Shown here in pieces: positions 1-9,660 of a stretch of 64,000 nt of DNA. The stretch is from assembly GCA_024693285.1 (NCBI GenBank), contig JAILLE010000019.1, positions 45,701 through 109,700 on the forward strand, in the 5' to 3' direction. A model generated the notes under the pieces. The model was given only the letters and a program-made list of their open reading frames with translations, did not search any database and was not told the origin of the DNA. Numbering within the stretch: the first letter of the stretch is position 1; every line of letters starts with the position of its first letter. The position numbers were made by a program, and so were the translations under genes. The stretch is from Bacteroidales bacterium (GTDB taxonomy: Bacteria > Bacteroidota > Bacteroidia > Bacteroidales > UBA932).

Positions 1-133
1 TTTCCCAAATGGTCTCGTCGATGGCGGGCCCATTGAAATCTTCGGTCCAGACAAGTTTCCAGCCTGGCTCTTTCGTGCATGCCACGAGCGAAGCCGTGAC
101 AAGTAAACCCCAAAATAATCTTCTCATATTCAT
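1..133 (-). CDS. 5' part of a GH16-like glycoside hydrolase lipoprotein (runs off the window edge)
   Basis: Not in the ORF track. Manual translation gives MNMRRLFWGLLVTASLVACTKEPGWKLVWTEDFNGPAIDETIWE: lipobox LVAC, then the WKLVWxxxFxGxxIDxxxW start typical of GH16 beta-glucanases. Starts 12 nt after the susD stop. Confidence 0.75.
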   Translation of the reverse strand, partial: MNMRRLFWGLLVTASLVACTKEPGWKLVWTEDFNGPAIDETIWE

Positions 134-145
134 TTGGTTGATTTA

Positions 146-2164
146 CTACTCGAGAGCACCCTCAGAGGCCTGTGTCGGCCAGAAAGGATTCTGGTAAGCC
201 ACAGATTTCTCGACGGAACCATCTTCTGAAGTAAGGGTCAGATCCTGGAGACCGTAAGGCTGCAGATAGTAAGCCTTGTGCCATGTGTATCCGTCGTAGA
301 GCTCGTTGTTATCCATGATGACTCTGAGCGGGCGGACATACTTGCTGTCGGTCCTTGCGGAAATGTTGGCGTCTGACTTGCCGCTGGCGCACTCAATGAA
401 CGCTGATTCAGTGGTCACGTTACCTGCGGCATCCTTCTTCAGGTACTTCTCGTTGTCCTTCAGTGGTCCTCCCCAGAGGTTGCAACCTTCGGGGATCCAC
501 TTCTCAGTCATGAGGTGGTCGAACGAGCGCCAACGGATCAGGTCATCCCAGCGGAAGCCTTCACCAATGAACTCGCAACGACGCTCACGGCGGATATTGA
601 ACAGGGTGGCGTCAACAAGAGTCTCACCACTGCGTTTGCCCCAGTCATCCTCCTTGGAGAGGTCGGTCGCGGCTATTGTCTTGTTGTAGTCGGGGTCGAC
701 ACCGGCGCGGGTCCTGATAGCCTTCCAGTAGGTGTCAGCCTTTCCACCAATGTTGCCATTCTTCTCGTAGTACGCCTCGATGTAGTTGAGGTAAGCCTCG
801 GCCGCGCGGTAGAGAATCTGGTCGTTGGTCGCGATAAGTCCAGAAGTCGAGAAAGCCGGATCGTAGCTGTAGTGTTTGCGGATACGGAAGCCAGTCACGT
901 CCCTATGCTCAGGCTGCTCAAGGAATTCCGGAGCGATGAACAGGCTTGCTTCTCCATTGGAATACCACTCAAGGTCGCCGTTGTTGAACACGAAGAGCTG
1001 CAACCTCTCGTCACGGCCTTCCTGCTGGAGATCCAAAGTCTCATCTCCCTTGTAACCGGAATCAGCGGCGTAGATCGGCAGACCGTTAGCCATTAGGAAG
1101 CCATCAACGTGGCTGCGGGTAGGACCACAGGCTCCTCCCTCACGGATGTATGAAGGCATGGCGGTGGTCACGCCAAGGTCAACACTGTACTCCCTGTAAA
1201 GGAGAACCTCATCTATACCACTGGCATCAGGCTGGTAGAACATCTCGAAATAAGGGTTCCAACCATAGATTTGCTGTTTGCCGGTGTCGGGATTCATTAC
1301 ATGGGAGTTGGATGTCAGCTTATGGGCATCGGCGACCTGCTCGGCGGCGGAGAGGCACTGATCAAGGAAGAAGCTGACCTCGCCGTCGATGTTGAAGGAC
1401 TTGCCGGAGTTCTTGGATGCGCCGGGCCAGTTGGGATCGCCAGGAACACGTCCGGAACCCTTATGATACTTCTCGAAAGTAGCCTCGAAAAGGGCCACAC
1501 GCGACTTGATCAAGAGAGCGAGGTCCTTGGTGATTCTGTTCTTGGCTCCGTTGCCAAGAAGGCTGATAGCCTTGTCAAGGTCTGACAGTATGAAACGGGC
1601 GACTTCATTACGAGGCGCGCGTTTGCTTGCCTCGACCAAAACATCATTGTCATCCGGAAGGACATTCTCGATGATCGGGAAATCTCCGAAAGTACGGAGG
1701 GCATAGAAATAGGCCTGTGCGCGCATCACGTACATCTCACCGACATACTGGTTGACATCGCTGCCGGAAAGGGTACCAGCTTCCATTTTCGGAAGAACCT
1801 GCTCGAAGAAATAGTTGCAGATCCTTATCCTGGAAAACGCTGTGGAGGTGTTCTGGCCGGCAGGCACGAGGAAACGACCGTTACTAGAGGAGAAATACCG
1901 CAGGGTAGTGCTATTGTCAGAACCTCCCCTGACAAGGTTGTCAGTGGTGGCATCCTCCCAGATAGGTCCGACACTCCAGTTGTTTCGGTATGTTGTGAAG
2001 AATGTCTCGTAATAATTCACGGTGTAAGCCGCCAGCTCGTCGGCTGTCTTGAAATACTTCTCGGGCGTGATATTGGTGATAGGCTGCCTGTCTAGGAAGT
2101 CATTACAACCGGCTGAGAGAAGAAGGGTCGCGGCGGATACTATAAGTATAAATATCTTTTTCAT
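146..2164 (-). CDS. susD: RagB/SusD family glycan-binding outer-membrane lipoprotein
   Basis: Lipobox SAGC-NDFLD; motifs RAQAYF..FGDFP, YRAAEAYLNYIEA, IRRERRCEFIGEGFRWDDLIRW and C-terminal QNPFW; immediately downstream of susC. Confidence 0.95.
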   Translation of the reverse strand: MKKIFILIVSAATLLLSAGCNDFLDRQPITNITPEKYFKTADELAAYTVNYYETFFTTYRNNWSVGPIWEDATTDNLVRGGSDNSTTLRYFSSSNGRFLVPAGQNTSTAFSRIRICNYFFEQVLPKMEAGTLSGSDVNQYVGEMYVMRAQAYFYALRTFGDFPIIENVLPDDNDVLVEASKRAPRNEVARFILSDLDKAISLLGNGAKNRITKDLALLIKSRVALFEATFEKYHKGSGRVPGDPNWPGASKNSGKSFNIDGEVSFFLDQCLSAAEQVADAHKLTSNSHVMNPDTGKQQIYGWNPYFEMFYQPDASGIDEVLLYREYSVDLGVTTAMPSYIREGGACGPTRSHVDGFLMANGLPIYAADSGYKGDETLDLQQEGRDERLQLFVFNNGDLEWYSNGEASLFIAPEFLEQPEHRDVTGFRIRKHYSYDPAFSTSGLIATNDQILYRAAEAYLNYIEAYYEKNGNIGGKADTYWKAIRTRAGVDPDYNKTIAATDLSKEDDWGKRSGETLVDATLFNIRRERRCEFIGEGFRWDDLIRWRSFDHLMTEKWIPEGCNLWGGPLKDNEKYLKKDAAGNVTTESAFIECASGKSDANISARTDSKYVRPLRVIMDNNELYDGYTWHKAYYLQPYGLQDLTLTSEDGSVEKSVAYQNPFWPTQASEGALE

Positions 2165-2176
2165 GTCTTTCGCGTT

Positions 2177-5100
2177 TTAGAAGTTGATATTGACACCGAA
2201 AGAGTAGGTCTTCATGAGAGGATAGACCTTTCCGTCTCCCCAGTCTCCACCGATTGTCTCGGGATCGAAGATCTTAGTCATCTTGGTGAGTGTGAAGAGA
2301 TTCTCAGCGGATGTGTAAACACGTACAGAGGACATTCCGACTGCATCAGTCCATTTCCTTGGAAGAGTGTAACCAAGCTGGATGTTCTTCAGACGGATGT
2401 AGGCGGCGTTCTGGAGATACCTTGTGGATTTTTGCTGGTTCTTGGAGTTACCGTTGAACGTTGGTCTCGGATAGTAGGCGTTGGTGTTGGCACCAAGCTC
2501 ATCCCCTTCGGGGCGCCAGAAGTCCCAATGCTCCACGAAAGCGGCGGACTGCCACATACCGCCACTGGTACCGAACATATAAGGTCCGGAGCACCAGTAG
2601 TCGCGCTTGCCGACTCCTTGGAAGTATGCCCTGAGGTCAATACCCTTCCATGCGGCGTCAAGTGTGATACCAAAGTTGTATCTCGGGGTGCTGTTACCGA
2701 TAATGGAAAGATCACCATGATCATCAAGGGTGTTGGATCCCTGGTTGACCTTGCCGTCACCTGTGATATCCTTGTACATCAAGTCACCGGCACTCCAGCC
2801 TGATCCCCATGAAGGACGGTTGCTCTGGAGCCAGGAATCCATCTCGGCCTGAGTCTGGGCGAGATTGTCGGCCTGGTAACCCCAGATCTCACCGATCTTG
2901 CGGCCCACATAGTAGGTCGAGAGGGAGTTGGTCTTGTTAGGATAGCGAGTGATTTCCTGAACCGCGTCGGAGACGACGGCACGGATACCATAGGAGAAGT
3001 CCTTGCCGATCTGGTCGCGCCATGAGACCTCGAGTTCCCAACCGTTGGACTTCATATCAGCGTTGTTGACCTTAGGAACACTTGCTCCGAGGGCGGCCGG
3101 AAGCTCAGGGGCGGGACCGACCATGTTCAGAGTGTTGCGCAGGAAGTAGTCGAACGTGAGGTTGAATCTTCCGTTCAATGCGGTGACGTCGATACCGGCA
3201 TCCCAGGTCTCGATGGTCTCCCAAGTCATGATGGTGGAAAGGATTCCGGGCAAGGAAGCCACATTCGGTTTGGCGCCATTGATAAGCCACACACCAGCAG
3301 CCGTGCTGACGGGCATGGTCTGGTAGAACGGGTACCAGCTGTTGGTGTTGGTATTACCGAGCCTACCGTAGGAAGCGCGGAGTTTAAGGGTGCTTATGTT
3401 ATCGGCAAGTGATCCGAAGAAACCTTCCTTCGCGATGTTCCAACCTACAGAGATAGAGGGGAAGAAAGCCCATCTCCTGTCCGCGATGAATCGGGAGGAT
3501 CCATCATAACGGCCGTTCAACTCGAGCATGTACTTGTCCATGTAGTTGTAGTTGAACCTTCCGAAGAAACCTGCCACGGAGTTATGCTCGCGTCCGCCAG
3601 AGATGACGGGGTTGGCTGTGGTCTGGCTAAGGAAAGGAACAGAGAAGTCCACGAGAGTATCTCCGCGGCCACTCATTTCGTCGTACTTGGTCAACTCGGC
3701 GTTGAAACCGCCTAAGATATGGAAGTTATGTACTCCTCCGAGGGTCCAGCTGTAGTCGGAATAGAGGTTGGTCGTGAAATAGTCCTGAGTGTAGCGGTAT
3801 TCATAAATACGGCTCATTCCTGCCGAAATAGAACCGACACCGGCATCCCATTCGATATAGTAAGGCTGGTTATCGGCATCGTAGGCCTGGATAGGAATAA
3901 TCACCTGATGGTCGCGGCTTGTGTAGGTCCTCATATTACCCTCAAGGTTGATGCGCCAGTTCTTGATGGGCTCGAAAACAAGGGCCAACTGGTTGGTGTA
4001 GTAGTTCTTCTGTGTGAATTGCTCACCACCTTCTTTCAGGGCAAGGGTTTCCATGCTCGGCATGAGATGGCCGTTGGGGTCATAGACAGGGATATTCGGC
4101 CAGCGACGGGCGATGTTGTGCATAAACAGACGTCCCTGGTATGTCAGGTAGCTCGGACGGTTATAGTCCTCCCGCACATACTTGTTGGTGTAGTCCAGAC
4201 GGGCCCAGTCGGTGAGCTTGGCGCTTATCTTAGAATCCACAGTATAGCGGTTCATCTGGTCCTTTCCCATCTGCAGGAGACCGTTCTGGTTCATGAACGA
4301 GCCGCTTACACGGTAGTTGATCCTGTCGTTACCGCCACTCACGCTCACGTTGTGGTTGTGAGAGGGAACGTTGTCACCGTAGAAAACCTTGAACCAGTCT
4401 GTGTTGGCGTTACCCACGGCGTAAGTTCCCCAGCGTCCGTTGGACTGTGCTTCCGTCGTCGTGGTGATCTTTCCGGCGAGAAAATCGTCAACCCTTTGGA
4501 CGACCTCGGGTGTGAATTGAGCGGAAGTACCGTCATTGATTCTGGCCCTGTTCCAGTAGCGCACGAACTTGTCGGACCTCATCATCTCGGGGAGATGGAG
4601 GGCGCTGTTGAAGAGCAAGTTACCAGTATAGGACACGTGAGTCTTGCCGGCCTTTCCGCTCTTGGTGGTGATCAAGATGACACCGAACGCGGCCCTTGCT
4701 CCGTAGATGGAGGAAGAGGCGGCATCCTTCAGGACGGATATTGTCTCGATGTCGTTCGGGTTGATGGTGTTCATGTCACCCTCAATACCGTCGATGAGCA
4801 CGAGAGGCGCGGCCCTTGAGCCGTCACCGATGGTACCGGTACCACGGACATTGAAGCTCATATTCTGGTTGAGCTCACCACCACCGGTGGTCACATTGAA
4901 GTTAAGGCCCGGTATCTGACCCTGGAGGGCCTGTGATACTGTTTGTACAGGGCGAGACTCGAACACGTCTGAATCGACCATGCTCACCGCTCCGGTCACA
5001 TTCACCTTTTTCTGTACACCGTAACCTACAACTACAGACTCTTCGATAGAAAGTTTGTCTTCGTTGAGGATAATGTTCAAAGGTGATCCGTTCCATACAA

Positions 5101-5398
5101 TTTCAGCAGGAAGGTATCCGACTGAAGATACCTCGAGGACATCCCCCGGTTTGGCCTGGGGAAGGGTGAAACGCCCGTTAACATCGGTCGAGGTTCCCTT
5201 CAGGGTTCCCTTGATAAGGACAGCGGCTCCAATTACGGGAAGTCCTTCCTCATCCACGACAACTCCCGAACAGGTCTGGTTTTGCTGGACCTGGACGGAA
5301 GAATCGTTTTCTGCGGCGAGGGCCGTGGATAGCCATCCTCCTGATACGATTGCCGCTACCGCGAGCAAAAGACCAGTCTTTAAAGATGATTTGATCAT
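2177..5398 (-). CDS. susC: SusC/RagA family TonB-dependent outer-membrane transporter
   Basis: N-terminal carboxypeptidase-regulatory-like domain, VVVGYGVQKK, plug motif INPNDIETISVLKDAASSSIYGARAAFGVILITTK, terminal GVNINF. Confidence 0.97.
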   Translation of the reverse strand: MIKSSLKTGLLLAVAAIVSGGWLSTALAAENDSSVQVQQNQTCSGVVVDEEGLPVIGAAVLIKGTLKGTSTDVNGRFTLPQAKPGDVLEVSSVGYLPAEIVWNGSPLNIILNEDKLSIEESVVVGYGVQKKVNVTGAVSMVDSDVFESRPVQTVSQALQGQIPGLNFNVTTGGGELNQNMSFNVRGTGTIGDGSRAAPLVLIDGIEGDMNTINPNDIETISVLKDAASSSIYGARAAFGVILITTKSGKAGKTHVSYTGNLLFNSALHLPEMMRSDKFVRYWNRARINDGTSAQFTPEVVQRVDDFLAGKITTTTEAQSNGRWGTYAVGNANTDWFKVFYGDNVPSHNHNVSVSGGNDRINYRVSGSFMNQNGLLQMGKDQMNRYTVDSKISAKLTDWARLDYTNKYVREDYNRPSYLTYQGRLFMHNIARRWPNIPVYDPNGHLMPSMETLALKEGGEQFTQKNYYTNQLALVFEPIKNWRINLEGNMRTYTSRDHQVIIPIQAYDADNQPYYIEWDAGVGSISAGMSRIYEYRYTQDYFTTNLYSDYSWTLGGVHNFHILGGFNAELTKYDEMSGRGDTLVDFSVPFLSQTTANPVISGGREHNSVAGFFGRFNYNYMDKYMLELNGRYDGSSRFIADRRWAFFPSISVGWNIAKEGFFGSLADNISTLKLRASYGRLGNTNTNSWYPFYQTMPVSTAAGVWLINGAKPNVASLPGILSTIMTWETIETWDAGIDVTALNGRFNLTFDYFLRNTLNMVGPAPELPAALGASVPKVNNADMKSNGWELEVSWRDQIGKDFSYGIRAVVSDAVQEITRYPNKTNSLSTYYVGRKIGEIWGYQADNLAQTQAEMDSWLQSNRPSWGSGWSAGDLMYKDITGDGKVNQGSNTLDDHGDLSIIGNSTPRYNFGITLDAAWKGIDLRAYFQGVGKRDYWCSGPYMFGTSGGMWQSAAFVEHWDFWRPEGDELGANTNAYYPRPTFNGNSKNQQKSTRYLQNAAYIRLKNIQLGYTLPRKWTDAVGMSSVRVYTSAENLFTLTKMTKIFDPETIGGDWGDGKVYPLMKTYSFGVNINF

Positions 5399-5562
5399 AA
5401 GATTGGATAATAAAATAGAAGTGGTTTATTAGCTATTATAAATCGTTTTATATATAATAAGCGCAATATACGAATAAAAAACGAAACAAAAGAAAGAACC
5501 CGAAAAAAATTCTCCCTTTTGATTACGTTATTAATCCTTTTGATAATTGATAATCTGATGTA

Positions 5563-8088
5563 TTAGAGTTTGGCCACTGCTCCAAGCAATTGGTCTCCGA
5601 GGCCAATTGTATACCCTTCGGTCTTGAAGAATACCCTGTTGAAGGTGTCTGCGATCATTACTTTGGGCATCGTACCTTCGAGCATGGATTTTGGGGCGAT
5701 TCCGAACTTGACATTTGAAGGCATCCTTGATGAATATTCCTTGAGCCAATCGAGCCCTTCTTCGGAGGTAAGCAACATGATCGGTCGGCCCCATTTCTCA
5801 AGTCCTTCTTTGGCGGCTATTATGTCGTTGACGGCATGGACCGACGGCTCGTGACGAGGTGTCAGGAATCCGATGACATAGACTCCGCGTCCAGTCGATG
5901 ACAGAATAGAGACCGGATCGGAACCTGCCGCTTTCCAGTATCTTGTCTCTGAATCGAACTCGCCGATGACACTAAGTTTGTCATCCGGAATCTCTATTAT
6001 AAGGTCAAGAGAGGTGGTTTTTCCTTCCTCGATAGAGAACTTCTTAAGAGTCACGGGCACGCTTCCGTCAGAAAGGCGGTTTCCGCTAACGAGGACATAT
6101 TCACCAGTGTCGAGACTGGCGCCTTTCTTGAACACATTAGCCCAGCTGACTCCGCCGCCCATGTCGACCTGGCCCTCATCGAAAGTCAAAAGGCTGGTCC
6201 GGCCGTCATTTATCTTGCTGATTGTGAAGTTGCTGTAGTAGCCTGGGTTGGCGAGTGTGGCTGTAGGAACATAATTAAGGACCAGGGTGCCGGTAGGGGT
6301 GACAGTTTCCTTGGCCGACTCGAAATCCACGTCAATCCATGTTCCCGGGACAGAAGCGTACTGGACCTTCCCCGTCACAGGATCTTTCCTGGCGTCAATG
6401 CCTAGAGTCCTGGCCAGGGACACAAAGAATATCTCCCTGGATTTGACATCCGCCAGTCTGGATTTGAACACGCCTATCGGAGACATTGTAATCCTCCATG
6501 CTTTGGTGTCGTTGACGAGGTTAATGTTGTCCTTCGTCCATTTGATGAGGTTTGCCGGATTGGACAAGTTTGTCTGTTCTTCGGCGCTAAGAGCGTTCTT
6601 GAAGAAGCTCTTGTATGGGGTCAGAAACTCGTTCGCTACCCTGGGACAAAGAATGGAACCATCTGATTGATAGCTATCTTCGAGAATTTCCCTGGTGACA
6701 TCGATCATATCCTTGTCGGAGAGGGAACCAAGAAGGTCAAGCGCCCTCTGGTCCGGATGGGTCGCGAGGAAACCCTCGATCACATCATGATTCCCGGCTG
6801 CTTTGGATATGAACTTTCCGGCGGGCGTGCCGTCATCCTTGGCGAAAGTGGCCATAAAGGACTTGCGGACAAGATCCTCCTGGGCGGTGCGGATCTCGTT
6901 GGCTTTCTTTTGCTCAGGAGTAACCTCAGGAATATTGGCGCTTTCCGGAGGTGGAACTATCATCATGCTGACAGACTCCGCCGGATGGTCCTTGCAGATC
7001 ACGACTGTGACCAGGGAATCCTTTCCGAAAGAGACCTTTGAATATCCGTACATCCCATCCTTGGACGCCCATGCGAGCATATCTCCTTTGCCTGCGGTAA
7101 GAAAGGTCTTGCCTTCTTTGTCCGTGTATTTGGCGAGAGCGGGATAAAACTCGGCGTAGTTGTAGATGCCGAAGTCAACAAGCGCGCTGTCAACAGGAGC
7201 CCCGTCTTCGTCCTTTACGACGAAGTCCACTCTGGCTGTCTTCGCATAATTATCTATAAGGTTGATCTCTGTGAAGTTTGATCCTTCCATCACCTTCTCT
7301 TCCGGACCATCGTAGCGTCCGAACACCCTGGTGTGCATCAGCATGCCACGGCTGGCCGGGGCGTTGAACCATCCCAGGTTGAGGACAGCCTCCGGTTCAC
7401 AAGCACCCATGAAATACCATTCCCCGTCAGCCCAGGCCTCGACCCACGCATGGTTGTCATCGGAATGAGCCCATCTGGGAGTGTAGACCTGACGGGCGGG
7501 GATGCCGACCGAGCGGAGGGCCGCCACGGTGAAGGTTGACTCCTCTCCGCATCGTCCGAGGGTACTCCTCGCGCTTGAAAGGGGCGAGAGGGTTCTGGCG
7601 TCAGAAGGCTTGTAAGTCAGTTTCTCATGGCACCAGTGGTTGACCTCGAGAATAGCGTCCTTCATGTTCATACCCTGTATACGAGGCTTTATCTCCTTAG
7701 CGAACACAACTCTGGAGCTATCCAGATCCTCATTATTGACCCTTATTGGCAGGACGAAGTGTCTGAACTCCCGATCCGGAACATTCCAACCCATTTCGTC
7801 ACGAGTGGCGAGGGAGGACTGGACATTCTTTAAATAATAATCCGTGGTATAGTCGGTGAAATCCGCCAGGGGCATATAAGCGTAAAGGAACTGTAGAGCC
7901 TCTTTCTCAGCTGTCGTAATGATTAGGTCGTCGACTTTGTAGAAATCCTTGAGGTTGCCTGGGCCGTCAAGGCGTTCTTGAAGGTCCTTCTCCATCTGGC
8001 GCCGGTAGCCTGGATCGTTTACCAAATGCCGAACCTCGCATGAGGATAAAACCACGAAAGAAAGGAGGATAAGGAGATATTTTCTCAT
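5563..8088 (-). CDS. Transglutaminase-like domain lipoprotein
   Basis: Start reassigned to ATG 8088 (MRKYLLILLSFVVLSSC, lipobox). GRCGEES and HAWVEAW...W Cys/His catalytic motifs of the transglutaminase-like core. Confidence 0.85.
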   Translation of the reverse strand: MRKYLLILLSFVVLSSCEVRHLVNDPGYRRQMEKDLQERLDGPGNLKDFYKVDDLIITTAEKEALQFLYAYMPLADFTDYTTDYYLKNVQSSLATRDEMGWNVPDREFRHFVLPIRVNNEDLDSSRVVFAKEIKPRIQGMNMKDAILEVNHWCHEKLTYKPSDARTLSPLSSARSTLGRCGEESTFTVAALRSVGIPARQVYTPRWAHSDDNHAWVEAWADGEWYFMGACEPEAVLNLGWFNAPASRGMLMHTRVFGRYDGPEEKVMEGSNFTEINLIDNYAKTARVDFVVKDEDGAPVDSALVDFGIYNYAEFYPALAKYTDKEGKTFLTAGKGDMLAWASKDGMYGYSKVSFGKDSLVTVVICKDHPAESVSMMIVPPPESANIPEVTPEQKKANEIRTAQEDLVRKSFMATFAKDDGTPAGKFISKAAGNHDVIEGFLATHPDQRALDLLGSLSDKDMIDVTREILEDSYQSDGSILCPRVANEFLTPYKSFFKNALSAEEQTNLSNPANLIKWTKDNINLVNDTKAWRITMSPIGVFKSRLADVKSREIFFVSLARTLGIDARKDPVTGKVQYASVPGTWIDVDFESAKETVTPTGTLVLNYVPTATLANPGYYSNFTISKINDGRTSLLTFDEGQVDMGGGVSWANVFKKGASLDTGEYVLVSGNRLSDGSVPVTLKKFSIEEGKTTSLDLIIEIPDDKLSVIGEFDSETRYWKAAGSDPVSILSSTGRGVYVIGFLTPRHEPSVHAVNDIIAAKEGLEKWGRPIMLLTSEEGLDWLKEYSSRMPSNVKFGIAPKSMLEGTMPKVMIADTFNRVFFKTEGYTIGLGDQLLGAVAKL

Positions 8089-8111
8089 ATTCAAATGTGT
8101 TGTCAATCTGA

Positions 8112-8136
8112 CAAAGATAATAAATTTGTAACTTTG
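8112..8136. promoter_or_regulatory. Back-to-back Bacteroidetes -7 promoter elements for divergent genes
   Basis: TATCTTTG on minus (8119-8112); TAAATTTG (8121-8128) and TAACTTTG (8129-8136) on plus; all match TAnnTTTG. Confidence 0.65.
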
Positions 8137-8155
8137 CCGCCGCTTTTTCAATCAG

Positions 8156-9658
8156 ATGAAGATTTATAAGATATTCTTGTTCTTCATCGCGGTCTTCGCG
8201 CTGATGTTCGCCTGCTGGTATCTCTTCCCGGCGGAAGGGGTCGAAGTGGGTGGAGTCAAGCTGCGTTTCCCGTCCTATGAGGCGGCTTTGGAGGATTTGC
8301 GTAACGGAAATCAAACTGTTGATGTGGACTCTGTCCTGCTAGCTGTTCAACAGAGTTACGAGATGGTCCGGGAACAAGGGGACACCCTTGATTTTTACAA
8401 GGATTATCTGACATCCAATCCGAACAGGATCCATCTTCCGGACGACGATTACACATTTTTCGATTCTTTTTTCGCCGGACTTGACACAGCCTCGGCATCT
8501 GGACAATTGGTCAGGATAGTCCATTACGGCGACTCCCAACTTGAGATGGACAGGATATCCTCAATGCTCCGCCAGCAATTGCAGGAACGTTTCGGCGGGT
8601 CGGGACCGGGAATGGTGCCCATCCTTAAGCCAATGTCATCGGTCTCAGTCACCCAGAATACTACCGGAAGCCTGACAAGATACGCCCTCGTCGCTGACAC
8701 ACTGTCCCGGTGGTCATCGACTCATCGCTACGGCCCTCTGACACGGTACGCGGTGCTGACCGGTGAGGCCAGATTCAATTTCAAAAGGGCTGAGAACCGG
8801 TATGCGCAAGAGAGAGTAAGGGGTATTTCCAAAGTCTCCGTCTTGTTCGGGCATAACGTCCCGGGGCTGAGAATGAGCCTGAAATGCGACACCCTGTCCC
8901 TGATGACCGAATCTGTTGACTCCGCTGTCAATGGAGTCTCTGTGGTATCTTGGGATCTTCCTTATTCTGTAAAGGGTGGGACGTTGAGCCTCAATGGTAC
9001 CGCTGAGATCTATGGAATCATGTTGGACGGAGGCCCTGGAGTGACGGTAGATAACGTGGCGATGCGTGGCTGCTCCGGAACGATCTTGTCAGGTATAGAC
9101 TCTGTTTCTTTGCGTGAGTCCTACGAGAAGACAGACACCCGCCTAATAATACTTCAGTTCGGAGGTAATGCCATGCCCGGAATCGGCTCAAAGAAAGCGA
9201 TTTCCATCTACATGGACAAGCTGGAGAAGCAGTTTGACTATTTCAAGAAGGTAGCGCCTTGGGCCAAACTTATGTTTGTCGGCCCGGCTGATATGAGCAA
9301 GAGCGTGAACGGCAGTCTCGTGACCTGGCCATTGCTTCCCGAACTCAACGACTCCTTGAAAGTGCACTGCCTTGATAATGGCATAGCCTACTGGGACACT
9401 TTCAATATGATGGGCGGAGTCGGGTCTATGAGAGAATGGGTTAACCATAACCCTCAGCTCGCGGGCCCGGATTATATCCATTTCACGACCAGGGGAGCGG
9501 CCGAGGTTGGTAGCGCTCTTGCCAAGTCCCTTCTGCTCTACGATGATTTCCGCCGTCTACGCCTCACGCTTTCTGATCAGGCCGTCAGGGAATATATGGA
9601 TTCTTTGACAGACAAGACGCCTGTGGCTCAAATAGATTCTTCGCTTCGCTCAGAATGA
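8156..9658 (+). CDS. SGNH/GDSL-family O-acetyltransferase/esterase (PatB/AlgX-like), N-terminal membrane anchor
   Basis: HYGDSQ block I, FGGN block III, DYIHF (DxxH) block V; in an operon with an MBOAT. Confidence 0.85.
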   Translation: MKIYKIFLFFIAVFALMFACWYLFPAEGVEVGGVKLRFPSYEAALEDLRNGNQTVDVDSVLLAVQQSYEMVREQGDTLDFYKDYLTSNPNRIHLPDDDYTFFDSFFAGLDTASASGQLVRIVHYGDSQLEMDRISSMLRQQLQERFGGSGPGMVPILKPMSSVSVTQNTTGSLTRYALVADTLSRWSSTHRYGPLTRYAVLTGEARFNFKRAENRYAQERVRGISKVSVLFGHNVPGLRMSLKCDTLSLMTESVDSAVNGVSVVSWDLPYSVKGGTLSLNGTAEIYGIMLDGGPGVTVDNVAMRGCSGTILSGIDSVSLRESYEKTDTRLIILQFGGNAMPGIGSKKAISIYMDKLEKQFDYFKKVAPWAKLMFVGPADMSKSVNGSLVTWPLLPELNDSLKVHCLDNGIAYWDTFNMMGGVGSMREWVNHNPQLAGPDYIHFTTRGAAEVGSALAKSLLLYDDFRRLRLTLSDQAVREYMDSLTDKTPVAQIDSSLRSE

Positions 9659-9660
9659 CA
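9634..9660 (+). repeat. REP-like palindromic repeat copy spanning the gene junction
   Basis: AGATTCTTCGCTTCGCTCAGAATGACA; near reverse complement of 44707-44733 and similar to 13668-13694. Confidence 0.85.
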
